Program-made: the position numbers and the translations under genes
Notes under the pieces: model-generated
What the model saw: only the letters and a program-made list of their open reading frames with translations
Database searches by the model: none
Told to the model about the DNA's origin: nothing
Source: Patellaria atrata CBS 101060
Lineage: Eukaryota
Length of the DNA stretch: 64,000 nt
Reading direction: 5' to 3'
Assembly: GCA_010093705.1 (NCBI GenBank)
Contig: MU006089.1
Location: 1,242,455-1,306,454 of the forward strand
Part shown: in pieces, positions 50,803 through 64,000 of the stretch
Layout: every line of letters begins with the position of its first letter
How positions within the stretch are numbered: the stretch's first letter is position 1

Positions 50803-52873
50803 AGAAATACCATTTTCGAAGAGGTGGCGGGAAAAGGTCGTAGGATAGGGGGTCGCAAGCAAAAGGCTGTATTTGTACGATTTGGTGTTGTTCTGACGAA
50901 TCTATAATGAAATTAGTGATTAACACTGTACCCTCGAGCACTGAACGACCAAATGATGGGTTCTCCACTTACTAAGGGATGGCAGAACCTATCAATGAAA
51001 GTCGGCGAAACTTCTCCTCTCCTCATTTCTCTCCCGTGCTGTATCTGCAGCTGGAACACCTCACCCGCGAAATTCGACCCTAGTCCTCTTCAAACTGTCA
51101 AACACCTCAACGTCTACCTTATACTAGCGCACACTTCAGCCTTTGCGCCCCCCCCCCCCAAAGCCGTCATTGCCACTCTCTTTCAGGAACTCTGCTTCCT
51201 GTTGACCCCACCAACGACCTTCCCCGGCCTCTTCTCGTTAAAAGGGGGAATCAAGTCTCGTCTGCGTAGTTCTAGTTGATCCTACCCACGGGAGATGATT
51301 CAGCTAGCGGTACTAGCTGCTGCAGCAACTGAGCGATAATACCATCTTCCCCTTCTTAGGCCTGCGGGCGTCATAACTTGTCTCTTTTTAAAGGGAAGAA
51401 GTGACGTGCAAGTGAAACCAGAAGTTGGTGCTGCTTTGTAAGGTGTTGTGGTGCACCGAGTCTAGGTTGAGGGTACGGAAGAGGTTTCGTACAAATGCAT
51501 ATCTCTAGAGGAGAACGGCATGTTAGTGATAATAGATCATGGGTACGGTCGCGAGACTTACAGTCCAAGAACTTACCAGCCTACCGACTCTTTGAAGAGT
51601 GGTATGTTGACCTCAACGCAGGTAGTGTCAAACCTTCAATGAGGTCCGTACTTATGAAAAAGGCGCATTGGAAGAGATATAGATCGTATACCAGGTTCAT
51701 TTGCACTTATACACTGATATTAGCGTCTGAACGACTCCACTTGCTAAATGGCTGACGTCAATCTATGAGGTTTGGCTGGCAAGGAAATGGTTTGAAAAAC
51801 CGCGGCAACCACTTAAACAGTTGATGATAAAGAAACACTGTTACCAATTTATCTCCCGCTTCAGCTATTGACTATATACTCAAACATAGTGCAAACCCAT
51901 TCCACTAGAATCCAGCCTCGCTCCAGCTTTTGAACTATCAGACAACAATATAACCCAGCAGCCAGAACCGTCCCGAAGGGGGGTTTCCAGCCTATTGCCA
52001 GAGTCAACTGTTCGATCATCATTCAGGCTGCGTAGGTTAAAAAAAAAGAGAGAGAACAAATAACCATTCCCTGAAATCATAAGATTTCGAGTCGGGCCCT
52101 ATGCGGAGCATCAAGATTTTGGTCGAGGAGTTTGGGGCTTAGGGTGGCTCACGAGGTTTATATACCTTATCCCCGGCCAAGGCTTCTGGCAGTATATTGG
52201 ATCACTTGTAGGCGGTCACCGAGGGGTATCAGTCAGAAAGGGGACGTCATTAGGGGTTCTTCAGCTTATTGCTTGTAAGTTAATTGTCAATTCACCCTAT
52301 ACCCTGCGTTGAAAAGGACGACAAAAAAATGACAAGGCGAGCGAGACCGCATATGGAAGATGGTGAGGCTCCATAGGGCTGTAGTTTTAAATTATCTTTC
52401 CATTATATATTACTATCAACATCTGCATGAAGTAGGTTACTGGATAATGCCATGATTCGTTGAGGTCAGTGGCAGAATTCATGTTACGTAAGGTTTGTGG
52501 ATACGAAAAGCCCCTACATTGTAAAAGTACCACATTCATTATATATATCTGTCGGTCGTATCTATTTCTTCCAGATGCGAGACCCTTCGTGTCCGATATG
52601 TAAAGTAGTTCGTATTTCGGATTTCTCTTAATCAAGATCCCAGTCGCAGCTTCGCAACAACCAACCAGATCATTCAATTCACATAACTATGCAGACGCGA
52701 ACACTTCACTGGCAAAATTACATACAGTTATCCACTCGAATATACAGCGGTATATAGACCTTCTTTCGCACTCGAAAATCACCACCCCATTCATGAAAAC
52801 GCTTACCTCGACTCAACCCCTACGGAGTAACTCCCACACAAAAACACACGACACCCCGTCCTTCACCAGCAAC

Positions 52874-53326
52874 ATGCAAACCCTCATTCTCCTCCTCGGC
52901 GTCCTCCTTACCACTCTCACCTCCACAACCGGCACCCCCCACCCTAACCCCGAGCCCCTGACCCGCACACATCCCCACCCCTTCACCTCGTCCTCTCCCC
53001 AGCCCTCCCCAATACCCACCTACACGAACCCCTTCCGCCACCTCTGCAATATCAAGTGCACCGTCTCCCTCTCCCCGGCCCAGCTATCCAACACGACCTT
53101 TCTCTGTCTCCCCGAGACGAAGCTAGGAGTCCAACGCTGCGTGCACGACTTGTGCGATTGCTCCATCTCGCCGGCCGCGGATGCGGAATATAATGTGCTC
53201 TGTAGACGGAGCACGGAGGGCGGGTTGGGGACTTGTGTAGGAGGGTCGGGGACGGGGACTGGGCTGATGGCGAGGGAGACGGGGCCGTGGGTTGGTGTGG
53301 AGGGGAGGTGGAAGGGCCAGAATTAG
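52874..53326 (+). CDS. Small secreted cysteine-rich protein (150 aa, degenerate CFEM-like spacing)
   Basis: Signal peptide MQTLILLLGVLLTTLTSTTG, Pro/Thr linker, 8 Cys. TATATA at ~52751. Confidence 0.6.
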   Translation: MQTLILLLGVLLTTLTSTTGTPHPNPEPLTRTHPHPFTSSSPQPSPIPTYTNPFRHLCNIKCTVSLSPAQLSNTTFLCLPETKLGVQRCVHDLCDCSISPAADAEYNVLCRRSTEGGLGTCVGGSGTGTGLMARETGPWVGVEGRWKGQN

Positions 53327-55838
53327 GAGAAGAGATTGGGAGCGAAACTGGAGTTTGGTTTTTCAGCTTGATGTTAGCAGGTTCTGGAGTTGGATTTTCG
53401 GTGGGATACGTACATATCTCTTAGATGCCATCAAAGCTTCTAGAGAGATAGAGCTCAAAGGGAACTCGGAGTGCGTTGTTCAGACCATGAAGAAAAACGG
53501 CAAGAACAGTAGTGTTGAAGTAGCTGGAAAATAGTCTGGTTCAGCTGCTGGGTCAACACATGGTAGTGACTGATATCCGTATCGATCTGAACCATTTGTT
53601 AGCTTTCGGACTCATCTTGTAGCTCTGGCAACTGTCCATTTGGCCGGATGTTAGAAGAGAGTACACGGGATTAGGCATTCTCCTATCTTCATCGTATGTA
53701 GTACTCAGAGAGGCAATGAACTATCCAGGATCAGTTGTCTTCATAAACCTCCGGTCAAAATAGATAAAGTCTGGGAATTACAGTTAATACACTCTCCATC
53801 TTGTCTTCCTAAAGGAGGAAACCCTTGTATGAAGCTCCAGGACATAATGACAATTGGTCGGCTCGTATTCAGTCTAATAAAATGTCTTATCTCTTAACAT
53901 GAAACGGTTTGGCCCTTCGCACTCGCATCTCAACTTCCGAAGCGCTCCATCGTGCATTTAACCGTGCTCCAATACCACAGTGTTGGGACTGTATGACTTG
54001 CATCGGCAGGATCCTGTAAGCCATCCTAGTGTCAATGAAGGATCGCAACCAGAGTGCCGGGGCAGACTCGAGGATGAGAGATGTGGGAATCCGAGCACAA
54101 GGGGGGAAAGAGTTTATCACTGGCCCCGCAGAATGCTTCATCCCTACGTTTTGTTAAATCGGATGCGGTATCCAGAATGTCCCTGGGCTGAGGAGGTATA
54201 TAGATTGTGTAACGCACCATCGGTCTTCGGACACTTTTGTGTCTTACAAAAACATGAGAACAGGTGGGTATTAGTGTAAATTATTTAGCTTCACGTCGCT
54301 CTCAAGATCATGGAAACTTTTAGCGGACGAAAAGGTGTTGGAATATAATGATCAAGTGAAAGAGACTCCAGGAGGGAATGCTTGATGGCCTGTGAATATA
54401 CGAAAGGGAATGGGGGCCGTGTGGGGTCCGAATATGTTACATCAAACAAAAGGAACTAGGATAGAGAAGAATGAAGGCCATAATAACGCACCGAATTATC
54501 AGATGTGGATGAAAAACAATTCTTTGGGGATTTTGTCTTGCTGTTGTTGTCAAAGGTGTTCTTCTTTGGCTAAAACAAATGCCACCGAATTTCCCCAACA
54601 ACAAATCTTTCCACTAGAATCCATTGTTCTACTACTTATATACCCCTAGTATTATGATTTATGCATATCATGTTCCTGTTCTCGCCTGCCGATACACTCT
54701 CGCTCAATCTTCTGTCACGTGACCATGTCGACGCCATCATTATCCAACCAAAGAATCGCTCGATTGTGGCCCTTACATTTTCCAGTACAGTAGTAAATCT
54801 CCCATGCTTGATTAATTCTAGATTTCACGGTACCTATGGAGTGTCGAATATTCCCTCTTCTACAAAAGGCGTAAAGATATATGAGTAGTTCCAACTGCCC
54901 CAACAGTCGACCAAACCATTCCTTCTTTACCTGAATGTTGTGCACCACATTTCTACAACATGGTCGATCGTGCATGCAACTACCGCTAAGGAGATTTATT
55001 ATTATATCTCCAACCTACCCACGTTCTGGGCTACCAAGGGCATTACATTCCATCTTCGAATGCATAGGACTATTCTTGACCACGACTGTCGAGTACGTCA
55101 TCGAGAAGTTCCTCCCCCACGCTTGCGGGAAGTACAAGTTCCAAGAGCGTGATCGCGAAAGGCGAAGGCCCGACCGTGAGCCGGGAACTGGACTACGACG
55201 AAGGACAACTTCCAGAAAAAGTATCACATCGCACTGAAGACCGGTCTGCATTCTCCTAGCGGGCATGACGACGAGTAAGGTTTCGGTCATTCCGATGGAC
55301 ATTCTGACCATATTCCCACACTGACATTGGGCAACCGAACTCTATGATAAACTGACTGCCAAGATGGTTTGCGTCCCGGTGAGACCTCTGTAGGAAAAAC
55401 ATCTGTGGAAAAGCGAGTTACAAGCATTGAGGGACCCCCAAAAACCTACTGACCATTCGTCGAAATATGAGAAGAAAAAGGTAACGAGATCTGATTATGA
55501 TATATTGTTTACTATGCAAGGAAATCTGGATGCGTAAAAAAGGAAAGTGAGAGTTTTAGAGGGAAATAGAATGTGTGCAATGCCAATTCTTTTGAGAACC
55601 GAAGAATGCGAATATCAACGCTATGCGAAAAATACAGACCTTTTTATGAATTTATTTTCTTGACCTTTAACCAGAAGATCCATAGAATGTAATCGTAATC
55701 ATAACTCTATCATGAACGTCATCACCGACTCTTATAATGCAATCCTGGTACTGTTACAATGCAATCTCTATCAGTCTCTATAATTTTTTTCCCGTACGCC
55801 CGAACCAATTGAACTCCACAAATGCGACCATTAAAATT

Positions 55839-58051
55839 TTAGCCAGTATGATAGTGCGCAACTCCCGCACCCTGCATCCGGTATAATAGTGATTGAGTGT
55901 CAGGGCTCAGCGAGACGCGAGGAGTCTGCGCGTGGGCAACGTCACCGCGGATAAGGGCTTGAATCCAAAGGAAATTTTTAAGAGTATCTAGGGGTATGAT
56001 TAGTGGATGAAATATCGACATGAAAAACGAGATATAAGGAGACGTGAAATAAAGCGAATACGGTATAGGAGGGGTGGAAACTGGGAATGACAGAGGATAG
56101 AGCTCAGTGGGTATTCGAAGTGAGGATAAACATACGCTGAAAGTCATCGAACCACACCAAACCAATGCTAAACGCGAACCGTAATATCTCCGCCAGGAAG
56201 AATGTTCGCTGAACTTGGTGCCGAGCCGACGCGAGAGAAGTGAGGAGGCTAAAGTGGGCGATAGAGTGAGCTTCTGCAGTTTCTCCCAATGGAGTAAAGG
56301 GCTGGAGGAAGGTTGTACGTACACCCAACAATAAACCCATGGGATCCCGGCCCAGGTTTCCACTGGGCCTCGTAGCAAATGAAATAAGGCCTCGAGTTCC
56401 GTCTCATTATGATTGTCATCATGAGGGAAACCCCATCCAGTGCCTCTGATATGTATTGTTGCTGCTAACCTCACGCATTCCTCGATAGTCTCTCTTCTGG
56501 AATATTGAGATGCGTTAGCCCTTCCTCTTGTACCTGCAGCGGCCCGTCCAAGCGCGTCGAGTCGCTGCATAGCAGACTCGCGGAACCGTGTACCAACGCT
56601 ATGGCCAAGGTATTCGCTTTCCTTAATCTTAGTTGCGGAGAAGGTAATATTAAGGATCTCGATGGTCGAGCAGGAGATATTAGTGAACGTGTCGAGTAAT
56701 TCGAAAGGCTCGCGAAGGAACAATGGGGAACTAGTAAAGAAAGTCGATACGTCCGACGAAGGTTGCGCGCGAAGAGTAGGATTTGAAGTAGATGTGAAGC
56801 CTGGTAACTGGAAAGTTGATACAGAATTTATCATATCTAACCTGTAATCACAAAATTAGTGCATGGACAAACGATGAAAGCGAAGCGGCTCACATTAGGA
56901 TAGTATCATGGAGGTTGGGGCTTGAAATTGCATCGATGCCACCGCGCATACTGACCATTTGGGCTAGACCCATCAGATGCGTCTGTGCGGTTTTTTCACC
57001 TTGTACGAGCTGTTGAATTGTGTTAGCTAAATGTTTAATGAAATGATTTCTATGCCGCTCACTTCAAACCCTCCCAAAAAAAGAACAGTTGCCAACACAT
57101 CGTCATCAGGCAATGTTCCAGCACTCCTTAACTTTTCATTCAATGCTTGGATAGCATGAGCCTTGTAATGAAGGAGATTCTCCTGAGAAATCAAGGGTAG
57201 TTGAAGCATTGGCGTGTATTGTCCGCTAGAACAGAGGCAGATCGCAAGAATAAGGGCGGGATTAAACGGAGAATTATTGAACCAATATTTTATAGGGGCG
57301 ATACGACTAGCCTTTACTAACGCAAAAGGAAGGGATAGATATTGCGCATCTACAGAGTTAAATAATTACGGTGAAGCGATGCGGAGGCTTGAACTCAACT
57401 TACATTCATCGACACGGCGAACAACCTCAGCCCAGAGTTTGTGGGAGTTTTCAGACGGAGTTTTCAAGATTGATCCAAGATTGCAAATAGTGTAAGGTTC
57501 GTCTTCCGGAAGCGTTAGAAACGAAGGTTCATAACTCTGCACCGGCCAAGCTCGTTCGCCGACTTCTATATCTACAGAGAGGTCCTCCGGAGTTTGACCA
57601 GATAGCATTAGGGATGGAATTACGTGTCGTTTGTTTTGGGTAGAAATATCGTTTGCTCGACTCTTCGAGTCCTGACTAGCCATTGGAATCATGAGACCGT
57701 AAGGAAAGTATCCTTCATCTGATGATTGACGGGTTGGAGTGAGTGATGGACTAACAGGTGTGCGTCGTCTTTTACGATCCTGGCCGTTGGAATGTGATGG
57801 TGATGCTGCTGGAGAGTATGGAGATGATGGAGTCTCCCAAATTAGGTTGCCTTCGCTTACAGGTTAGACACAGCAACATGACAAATGCTAAAAGACGACT
57901 TACTACCTGCTGATCGCGCCTCCCTCTCCCGCCTTCGATAATCTCGCATGACTTGAGAACGGATGGTTCGTCGTTGCTCTGAATCTTTCCCTAAGCCGGA
58001 TGGAGAGTGATTTACGAAAGCGAAGTCTTTTGGACTAGACATTGTTAACAT
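55839..58051 (-). CDS. Fungal-specific transcription-factor-like protein, multi-exon
   Basis: N-terminal FAFVN...RRTIRSQVMRDYRRRER motif and the middle-homology-type segment YKAHAIQALNEKL...DDVLATVLFLGGFE. Later exon ECVRLAATI, with GT-AG introns between the ORF pieces. Confidence 0.75.
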
Positions 58052-60361
58052 AGAATGGCGTCGTCTGTTGTCGAGAACGGATGGAGTAACGGAAAGAGAA
58101 TGATGTGGTTATTGTTCCGAAGCTAGTCTATATGTTTGGTATTAGTAATTAGGGTTGTGGCTTCGGAAACCAATGTGATCTTGATAATGTTGTTTGTATT
58201 GCTTTTAGTCTGGAAAGAGTTACGGAATAGCATATATACTTGTGAAGATCTTGCATCCTTCCCGGTTCCTTTGATATAGTGAAAGATCCTTGCGTAGATT
58301 AAGGGGATAAAGAAAGACATCGGCGACGCATGGACGACTCTATTCATGGATCTGCGAATGAAGACAACGATAAAATTGGGGGATGTGCACCAGCTTATTG
58401 GTAATCAGTTACACGAAAGTGTAACGCTCGTACTTTGGACGGACATATGCAGGGGAGTAGATGCATAGTTATTAAATTCACATAGATCGGCGTTGAAGGT
58501 CGAAATAGTCTGAACGCTGAGGTGAAAACTCACCTTCAACTGGAGATGGCTTCAGATATTCGAAACAGTCAAACGTATCTCAGCCCTGCCAAGCGAAGAT
58601 GCTTGACTAAACCAAATGAGGATGCAGCTCTCCTGGGCGGTCGGGGGCGGAGGCTGCACAGGGCTACAGGCACGACAGGGCTGATTACGGAATCCTTGTC
58701 CCGCTGAGATTCCTGGGGCATATGACGGAAAGCCAGACGTTGCCAGACACGCCAGAGAAGCACACGTCGGGTAAGCTGCAGATTTTGAAGCATAAACTGG
58801 GCGAGTTACCATTGCTGTCTCCATGATGACAGACGTCAGGCCCAATCCAGCCATTTCCGAAGCCAGTCAGATCCAATTTTTGACCTTACCCATGCAACAA
58901 ACCTCGTGGAAACGTGCAGGCCATGCCTTAGTTTAGATCCTGGAGTTGGACTTAAAGGCCAACTTGGGGCTGAACATTTCTGTCATTCGTAGCGAAGGAT
59001 GACGGATAGTTGTACCGACAGTTGGGTACTGGGTACGTTGAATGTTCTCTTCATCTTCGATTTCGTTGTACGAGATCTCTGTACCCCCATAGACCTTGCA
59101 AGTGCCATCATATGTTCTCCACAAACATCACACGACTTGCCACCGTAAGTGGTAGACAGGTCGGTTGCGATATCAATCGAACAAAAGAGCGACGTCTCAG
59201 CAACGGAATACCAATTTTTGAACAAGGTCGACTTAAGATTGTAGTAATTGTAGCGATCACCAAATCCTTAGGTCATCGATTGCATTTTGAGGGGTTTGGG
59301 ACAAAACGACATCACGGCACGGAATTATGAGAGCCGGACAATGTTTGAACAACTGGCGCCAGCAGAAACAGCCTCGAAGCCGGACAAGTCAGCCATTGGA
59401 AAGTGGGGCGGACGCTGACAGTTCAGTGAAGCTGCAATCGCACCAATAGCGAATTATCCCGAATAAGGGAGAAGGAGAAAGAAAAACAGTTGTAGTGATG
59501 AATGTAGATAAAGGGGTTTACCTGAGGTCTAGTCAGCTCGGCTAGTTCTAGGGAAGGTTCGGCCGATGTTAGAGAAGCCTTGTATAACATGCTCTCGTTG
59601 CTATAAGCACCTTATTTCCCACGTGCTTTTCAGACAGAATCCTTGGAGAAGGTAGAGTGGCCCTCCGGCAACATCCGCTGTATATCAATCCTTTGGAGAC
59701 TGAGATCACCAAGCGACGTGTGAGGTTCGGAGGTTCGGGCGCCACAATTATCGCACACCCAGCCTCGCATGGAGTGTCAATCTATCCTTAGTGTGAACAA
59801 CCTTATCTGATATGATTGTTAAAGCGAGCATGGGGCGCATCCAAGTGCAGTTAAAGAAGACTTGGGTGACGTTGTGCTTGGGTTCTTACGAGCAATAGCT
59901 CCAGTACAAATCTCTTGACCCGGGTAAACAACTCAGATGCAAGCACTGCCAGTTCCTGTGCTTTGCTTACTAAAGACGATGTCGCTCTAGCCAATCTACG
60001 GAGACATAGCAACTCCGGCATACATTCATGTGAGCAGTTTGGCAAGCCATTGAGCAGGTTATACTTCCAAGTAACCGCAATGACATGCTCCAGAAGTGGC
60101 CTCGCCCGGGCAAAATATTGACGTTTGAAGTTCTTAATGAAAATATCAGATTGGATGGGCATATAGCGCATCAACTCCAGCAAGGTGGAATGCCTGAGGG
60201 CCAAGTAGCCGGGGTAGGGGAAATGTCATTCATTTATTAAAAGGATGAGCCATAGTAACCCAGCCTCACCGTTAAGACATCAGTCTATACCAGCGACTCT
60301 GGAGCAGTTGATGATTCGAGCTCGATCCGCACACGGAGCTCAGCCAGTCGGGGAATAGTAT

Positions 60362-61061
60362 CTAGTGGCAGTATCGGCTGAACACAAGTAGATCGGCTAC
60401 GACGCTCCGCAGCTCATGACGCCGACCCATTGCAAAGGCTTCATCAATACAAGCTTTTCGGGGATGCAAGTGAGACTGGTAAGGCTGGTCGGAGTGGGCC
60501 GATTTACCGGTAGTATCGGCAGCTCCGTGAGTGGAGATACCGGAACAAGCATTGCAGGAGATCCTTTGAGGTACTTTTCTAACTGGATTTGGGATCAGTA
60601 TTCTTATTCCCAGTATGAGATCGCTCTTTGAGTGGTTATATTGTAGCGGTACCTTCATGGGGCTGTGGTATTTCTGAAATGTCAGCCTCAACGTAGTGGA
60701 GCAAACATGGGTGTTTCAGCCCGATGACCTCACATACATCGAGCGGTGATACCGTTCCAGTACTACTGAAGATACAATGAAATTGTAACGATTTCGGACG
60801 GAAAGTAGCGATACGCACTGAAAGGTCGCCGAAGAAAGGGCCGACCGGAGTCTCCATCAAGGGAAAGTTATCTTTGTCGACGGTGCGATAAGTCACTCGA
60901 ACCCCACTGCTAAACAAATCTCTGCATAAAGTATTACTCTTCATCATCAACTGCGTGGTTTTTCTAATAATACTGTAAATGACCTGTTCATTGTTGTGCA
61001 ATGCATTCGTGGTAATAACCGTAATTGACTCATGGGGGAATATTCGACCCTTCGTTCCCAA
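60362..61061 (-). pseudogene. Possible disrupted hypothetical gene
   Basis: Protein-like 141-aa ORF continues past stops as KDLLQCLFRYLHSRSCRYYR and shifts frame into KACIDEAFAMGRRHELRSVVADLLVF. No family was recognised. Confidence 0.25.
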
Positions 61062-63188
61062 AACTCTTCAGAGTTGTTCTGTTGTCCTTAAAAGAAAGCG
61101 GCTATATCGAAGAACTTAGCTTTCGATTGTTACTGTCGAGTTAATCTGGCATTTTCTAGTGTCCAGCTCTTTCTATAGTTTTGTAACAATCCTCTAGGGC
61201 CGGACCGGATCAGTAGACCTCGATGGTATATCGAGGGGATAGAAGACATTTAAGGGTCGAGCGTCCGCTCAATAGACGAGCTCCAAAGGAAGATCTGGTA
61301 GTTAATTGTGCGGAAGATCATCCGACTAATCGTACAGAGATTCCCACATAATATGAAGATGTGTTAACCCAACTAAAACTAGTGAGTCGAAGGGGAGGAG
61401 TTCCGGATGATCGAGGAACGTAAGTATCGAACCGTATCTCTCTTACGCGCTGAAATCAACAAAGCGTATTAGGAAATTCCTGAGTCCTATCAATACTCAC
61501 TCTGCGTAGTTCAAAGGACTTAGAGGGGGTCGAGGTAAGTTGATGATGAGGTGGTTTGGTACTGTCTTTCGGCTGAAAAGCCGGCGGACTTTGCGTTTTT
61601 CCTTACCGGTCGCAAACTCGAACTACAATGTCATCCCTTGCCTTAAATCATTTTCACATATCAACTGCTTGTGTCCGACCTCTTTCGATATTTGCATGGC
61701 TCTTGAGATCAGAACCATCTTTAACCGTCTCTCGGCCTGACAGTAGAAACTTTTGTGTTTAATCTGCTCATACCTCGTACTCACCATTCTTACTCGAAGA
61801 TGCACCATAAAGGGGAAATCACGCATACATTTCAATCGTGCAGTCCTACAGTAGTAACAGCACAAGCCGTAGGGATATTTCTATACATGGCGTCATGGTA
61901 TAAACATTCCTTCACAATCTCGATTCGTTACCTACAGGTACACAAAGTCATCCCATCTTCATCATCTCTCAAATCCATTACGGCATATCTTAATATCCTA
62001 GACCACTAGAGGAAGATTGCTAACTATGCTCCTTCGCTTTCCTTGCTCGCAATCAGTAAGAACTAAGATCTTCCCCTTCTCCTTTTTTAGTATTCATAGC
62101 ATCGACTCATCGTCGCTAACCCCTCATTCTTCATGATTTCTACACGGGTAGAACTGCTCGAAGGTCCCTATCACCTAGGCTATTAATACTATAACTTACA
62201 AAGTTATCCGATTACAACCTTCATCTAGATATCTAGAAAATATTTTTTTCAGGTAGAGATTAATACGGGATAGAATTTAAACTAGTTTTAATCTATCATC
62301 TTATTAGCGTCTATAGTATTTGATTAGGTTTTACTTCAATAACTATATTATACCATAAAAGCTTGACAAATATTGACGTCTCAACCATAGTGTCGTATAG
62401 GGAAGAAGAACGGAAGGGGTTCTGATCGAAATTAGATTGGACAGATTCAACGATGATTATGATAGTGTCGACTTGTTGGAGAACCTTAGCATGTCGACAT
62501 TGCTCGAGATGTCCGAGGTGCATGGGACGACCTAAGGCGCTTTGAGGTCACTGAGATACTCGGAGATGCCTGGGATATCTGAAGTGCAAGAGCTGTTTGA
62601 AAAGATAATAGTTCTTATTGGTGGTTCGTTCTAGCCGCGAAATTGCGGATGGCCGTCCTTAACTTCACGTTGGTGAATCGTAATATTACCCACCGGCCCA
62701 TCAGGTACAAGTTGAATAGCCAGTGACAATTTGTCGGTTTGCTATAGTCCTATATGGGTAGAACTGACCGCACGTATTCAGTGTTCAACCTGACTTCAAG
62801 GTGCAGTAATCCCCGGAGGTGTGGATTTTGAATTAGTGGGCGTCAAGTCTGAGCTACCCCTATAGTTGATTGAGCTAAATTAAGGCAATAGACACAACTT
62901 ATTCAAAATGAAGCCTTCAGCTGAACTGGTGACAATGATAGTTCATAGAGTGAAGCACGGAGTCCATGAAGAGTGAAGTTTACCAGAGAGATACAGCACA
63001 CAAAGCTCTCATCACACTGCTGACATACACTCAGCTCTCACGGACGCGGGTCGTTGTACTGACCTTTTTTTCAAGAGGCAGAAGAGAATAGATTTATTTT
63101 AATTACTTTCGGTAACAACGATTAGGATGCAAAACATTACAGTTTTCTATTTCTAAAATTCACAAGACTGGAACAACACGCGGGATCT

Positions 63189-64000
63189 CTACAACCATGG
63201 AGAGTCTCCTTCGAGTCCGTTATGTACCCTTTCAGGTTGTCTGTAGCGCACTCGATTTCTGATACGATGTAGCATCGCAGTCCAGCCAATATTCTTGTTC
63301 TTATTATCCTTTGGAAAGATCCTCTCGACAAATACCTCGACAGTAACTCTATCGACGGGCGCGTTCCAGTCTTTCTCTGAGACATTTACATGCTCCATCA
63401 ACAAGTCGGAGCCGAGTTTGAGCCCCTTGAGAAGTATTTCATGGTCCTTCGTACTGTGCCATTGATCTCCTAGATTCTCTAATTCTCCACAAAGACGGAA
63501 CCCCATTGTGACGGCCAAGGCGATACGAAGTTCTCTGTTAGAAAGTTCCTTCATGATATTACTGGCCTGAAACTCCAGATCGGCTCGGTCTTGCCGATAA
63601 GCCGAAGCCAGCTTTTCCCACGGCATTTCAGCATAAGCAACTCGAGCACGTTTACGCTCGGTATTCACACTTACTATCAGCTTATCGGTAATCGGGACAA
63701 GTTTGTGGAATTGTGGAATATCTAGCCACCTATCCAAGAGAAGGTCTCTTGCGTACCTATAATCAAGAAAGAACCTCTTGGTTTCAAGACCTGCAAGAAA
63801 TGCCATAAACTGTCGCAAAAATATAGCAAATACACCGAGGTGGAGTGGCGTGTCCTGATCGAATACAGGAAGATCCGAATTCTTTATCGGAAACATGTAG
63901 ACAAACTCATATTCAGGAGTGTCAGGGAGCGGATTTTTCAATAAGCGAGGTCCTTCGAGTTTTACGGGGGATGATGGAGGAGAGGTTGGCGGAGTGGAAA
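63189..64000 (-). CDS. Hypothetical helical protein, 5' end outside the window
   Basis: The frame is open from the window edge to TAG 63189 (~270 codons) with natural protein composition. No motif was recognised. Confidence 0.65.
   Translation of the reverse strand, partial: STPPTSPPSSPVKLEGPRLLKNPLPDTPEYEFVYMFPIKNSDLPVFDQDTPLHLGVFAIFLRQFMAFLAGLETKRFFLDYRYARDLLLDRWLDIPQFHKLVPITDKLIVSVNTERKRARVAYAEMPWEKLASAYRQDRADLEFQASNIMKELSNRELRIALAVTMGFRLCGELENLGDQWHSTKDHEILLKGLKLGSDLLMEHVNVSEKDWNAPVDRVTVEVFVERIFPKDNKNKNIGWTAMLHRIRNRVRYRQPERVHNGLEGDSPWL

Noticed and set aside
53580..55460. Short ORFs that could be a decayed gene
   Set aside because: No consistent frame or recognisable motif could be reconstructed.
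1..64000. Starship or other giant transposon, or a secondary-metabolite cluster
   Set aside because: No tyrosine-recombinase captain, PKS, NRPS or terpene synthase was recognised in the window.

Overview
Eukaryotic DNA from a filamentous ascomycete, judged from short GT-AG introns with CTRAC/CTRAT branch points and fungal gene families. Intact genes: a secreted lytic-transglycosylase/lysozyme-LysM protein, an APC amino-acid permease, a GNAT, a UCH deubiquitinase, a strongly divergent intronless TBP-like protein, a KP-43-type S8 protease without a signal peptide, a co-oriented triad (small protein, CorA-like membrane protein, non-RD kinase-vWA fusion), a GPI-anchored 5'-nucleotidase, a small Cys-rich secreted protein, a fungal transcription-factor-like gene and several hypotheticals. 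Between them lie decayed sequences: a solo LTR with a 5-bp TSD, two 3' fragments of RNase H-bearing LINEs, an atypical intron-containing tRNA, RIP-like decayed DNA, and F-box-like and HMG-like pseudogenes. The best candidates for undescribed biology are the kinase-vWA/CorA-like/small-protein cluster (40.3-47.4 kb) and the TRF2-like TBP paralogue (21.7-22.6 kb). Gene models were spliced by eye and no database search was run.
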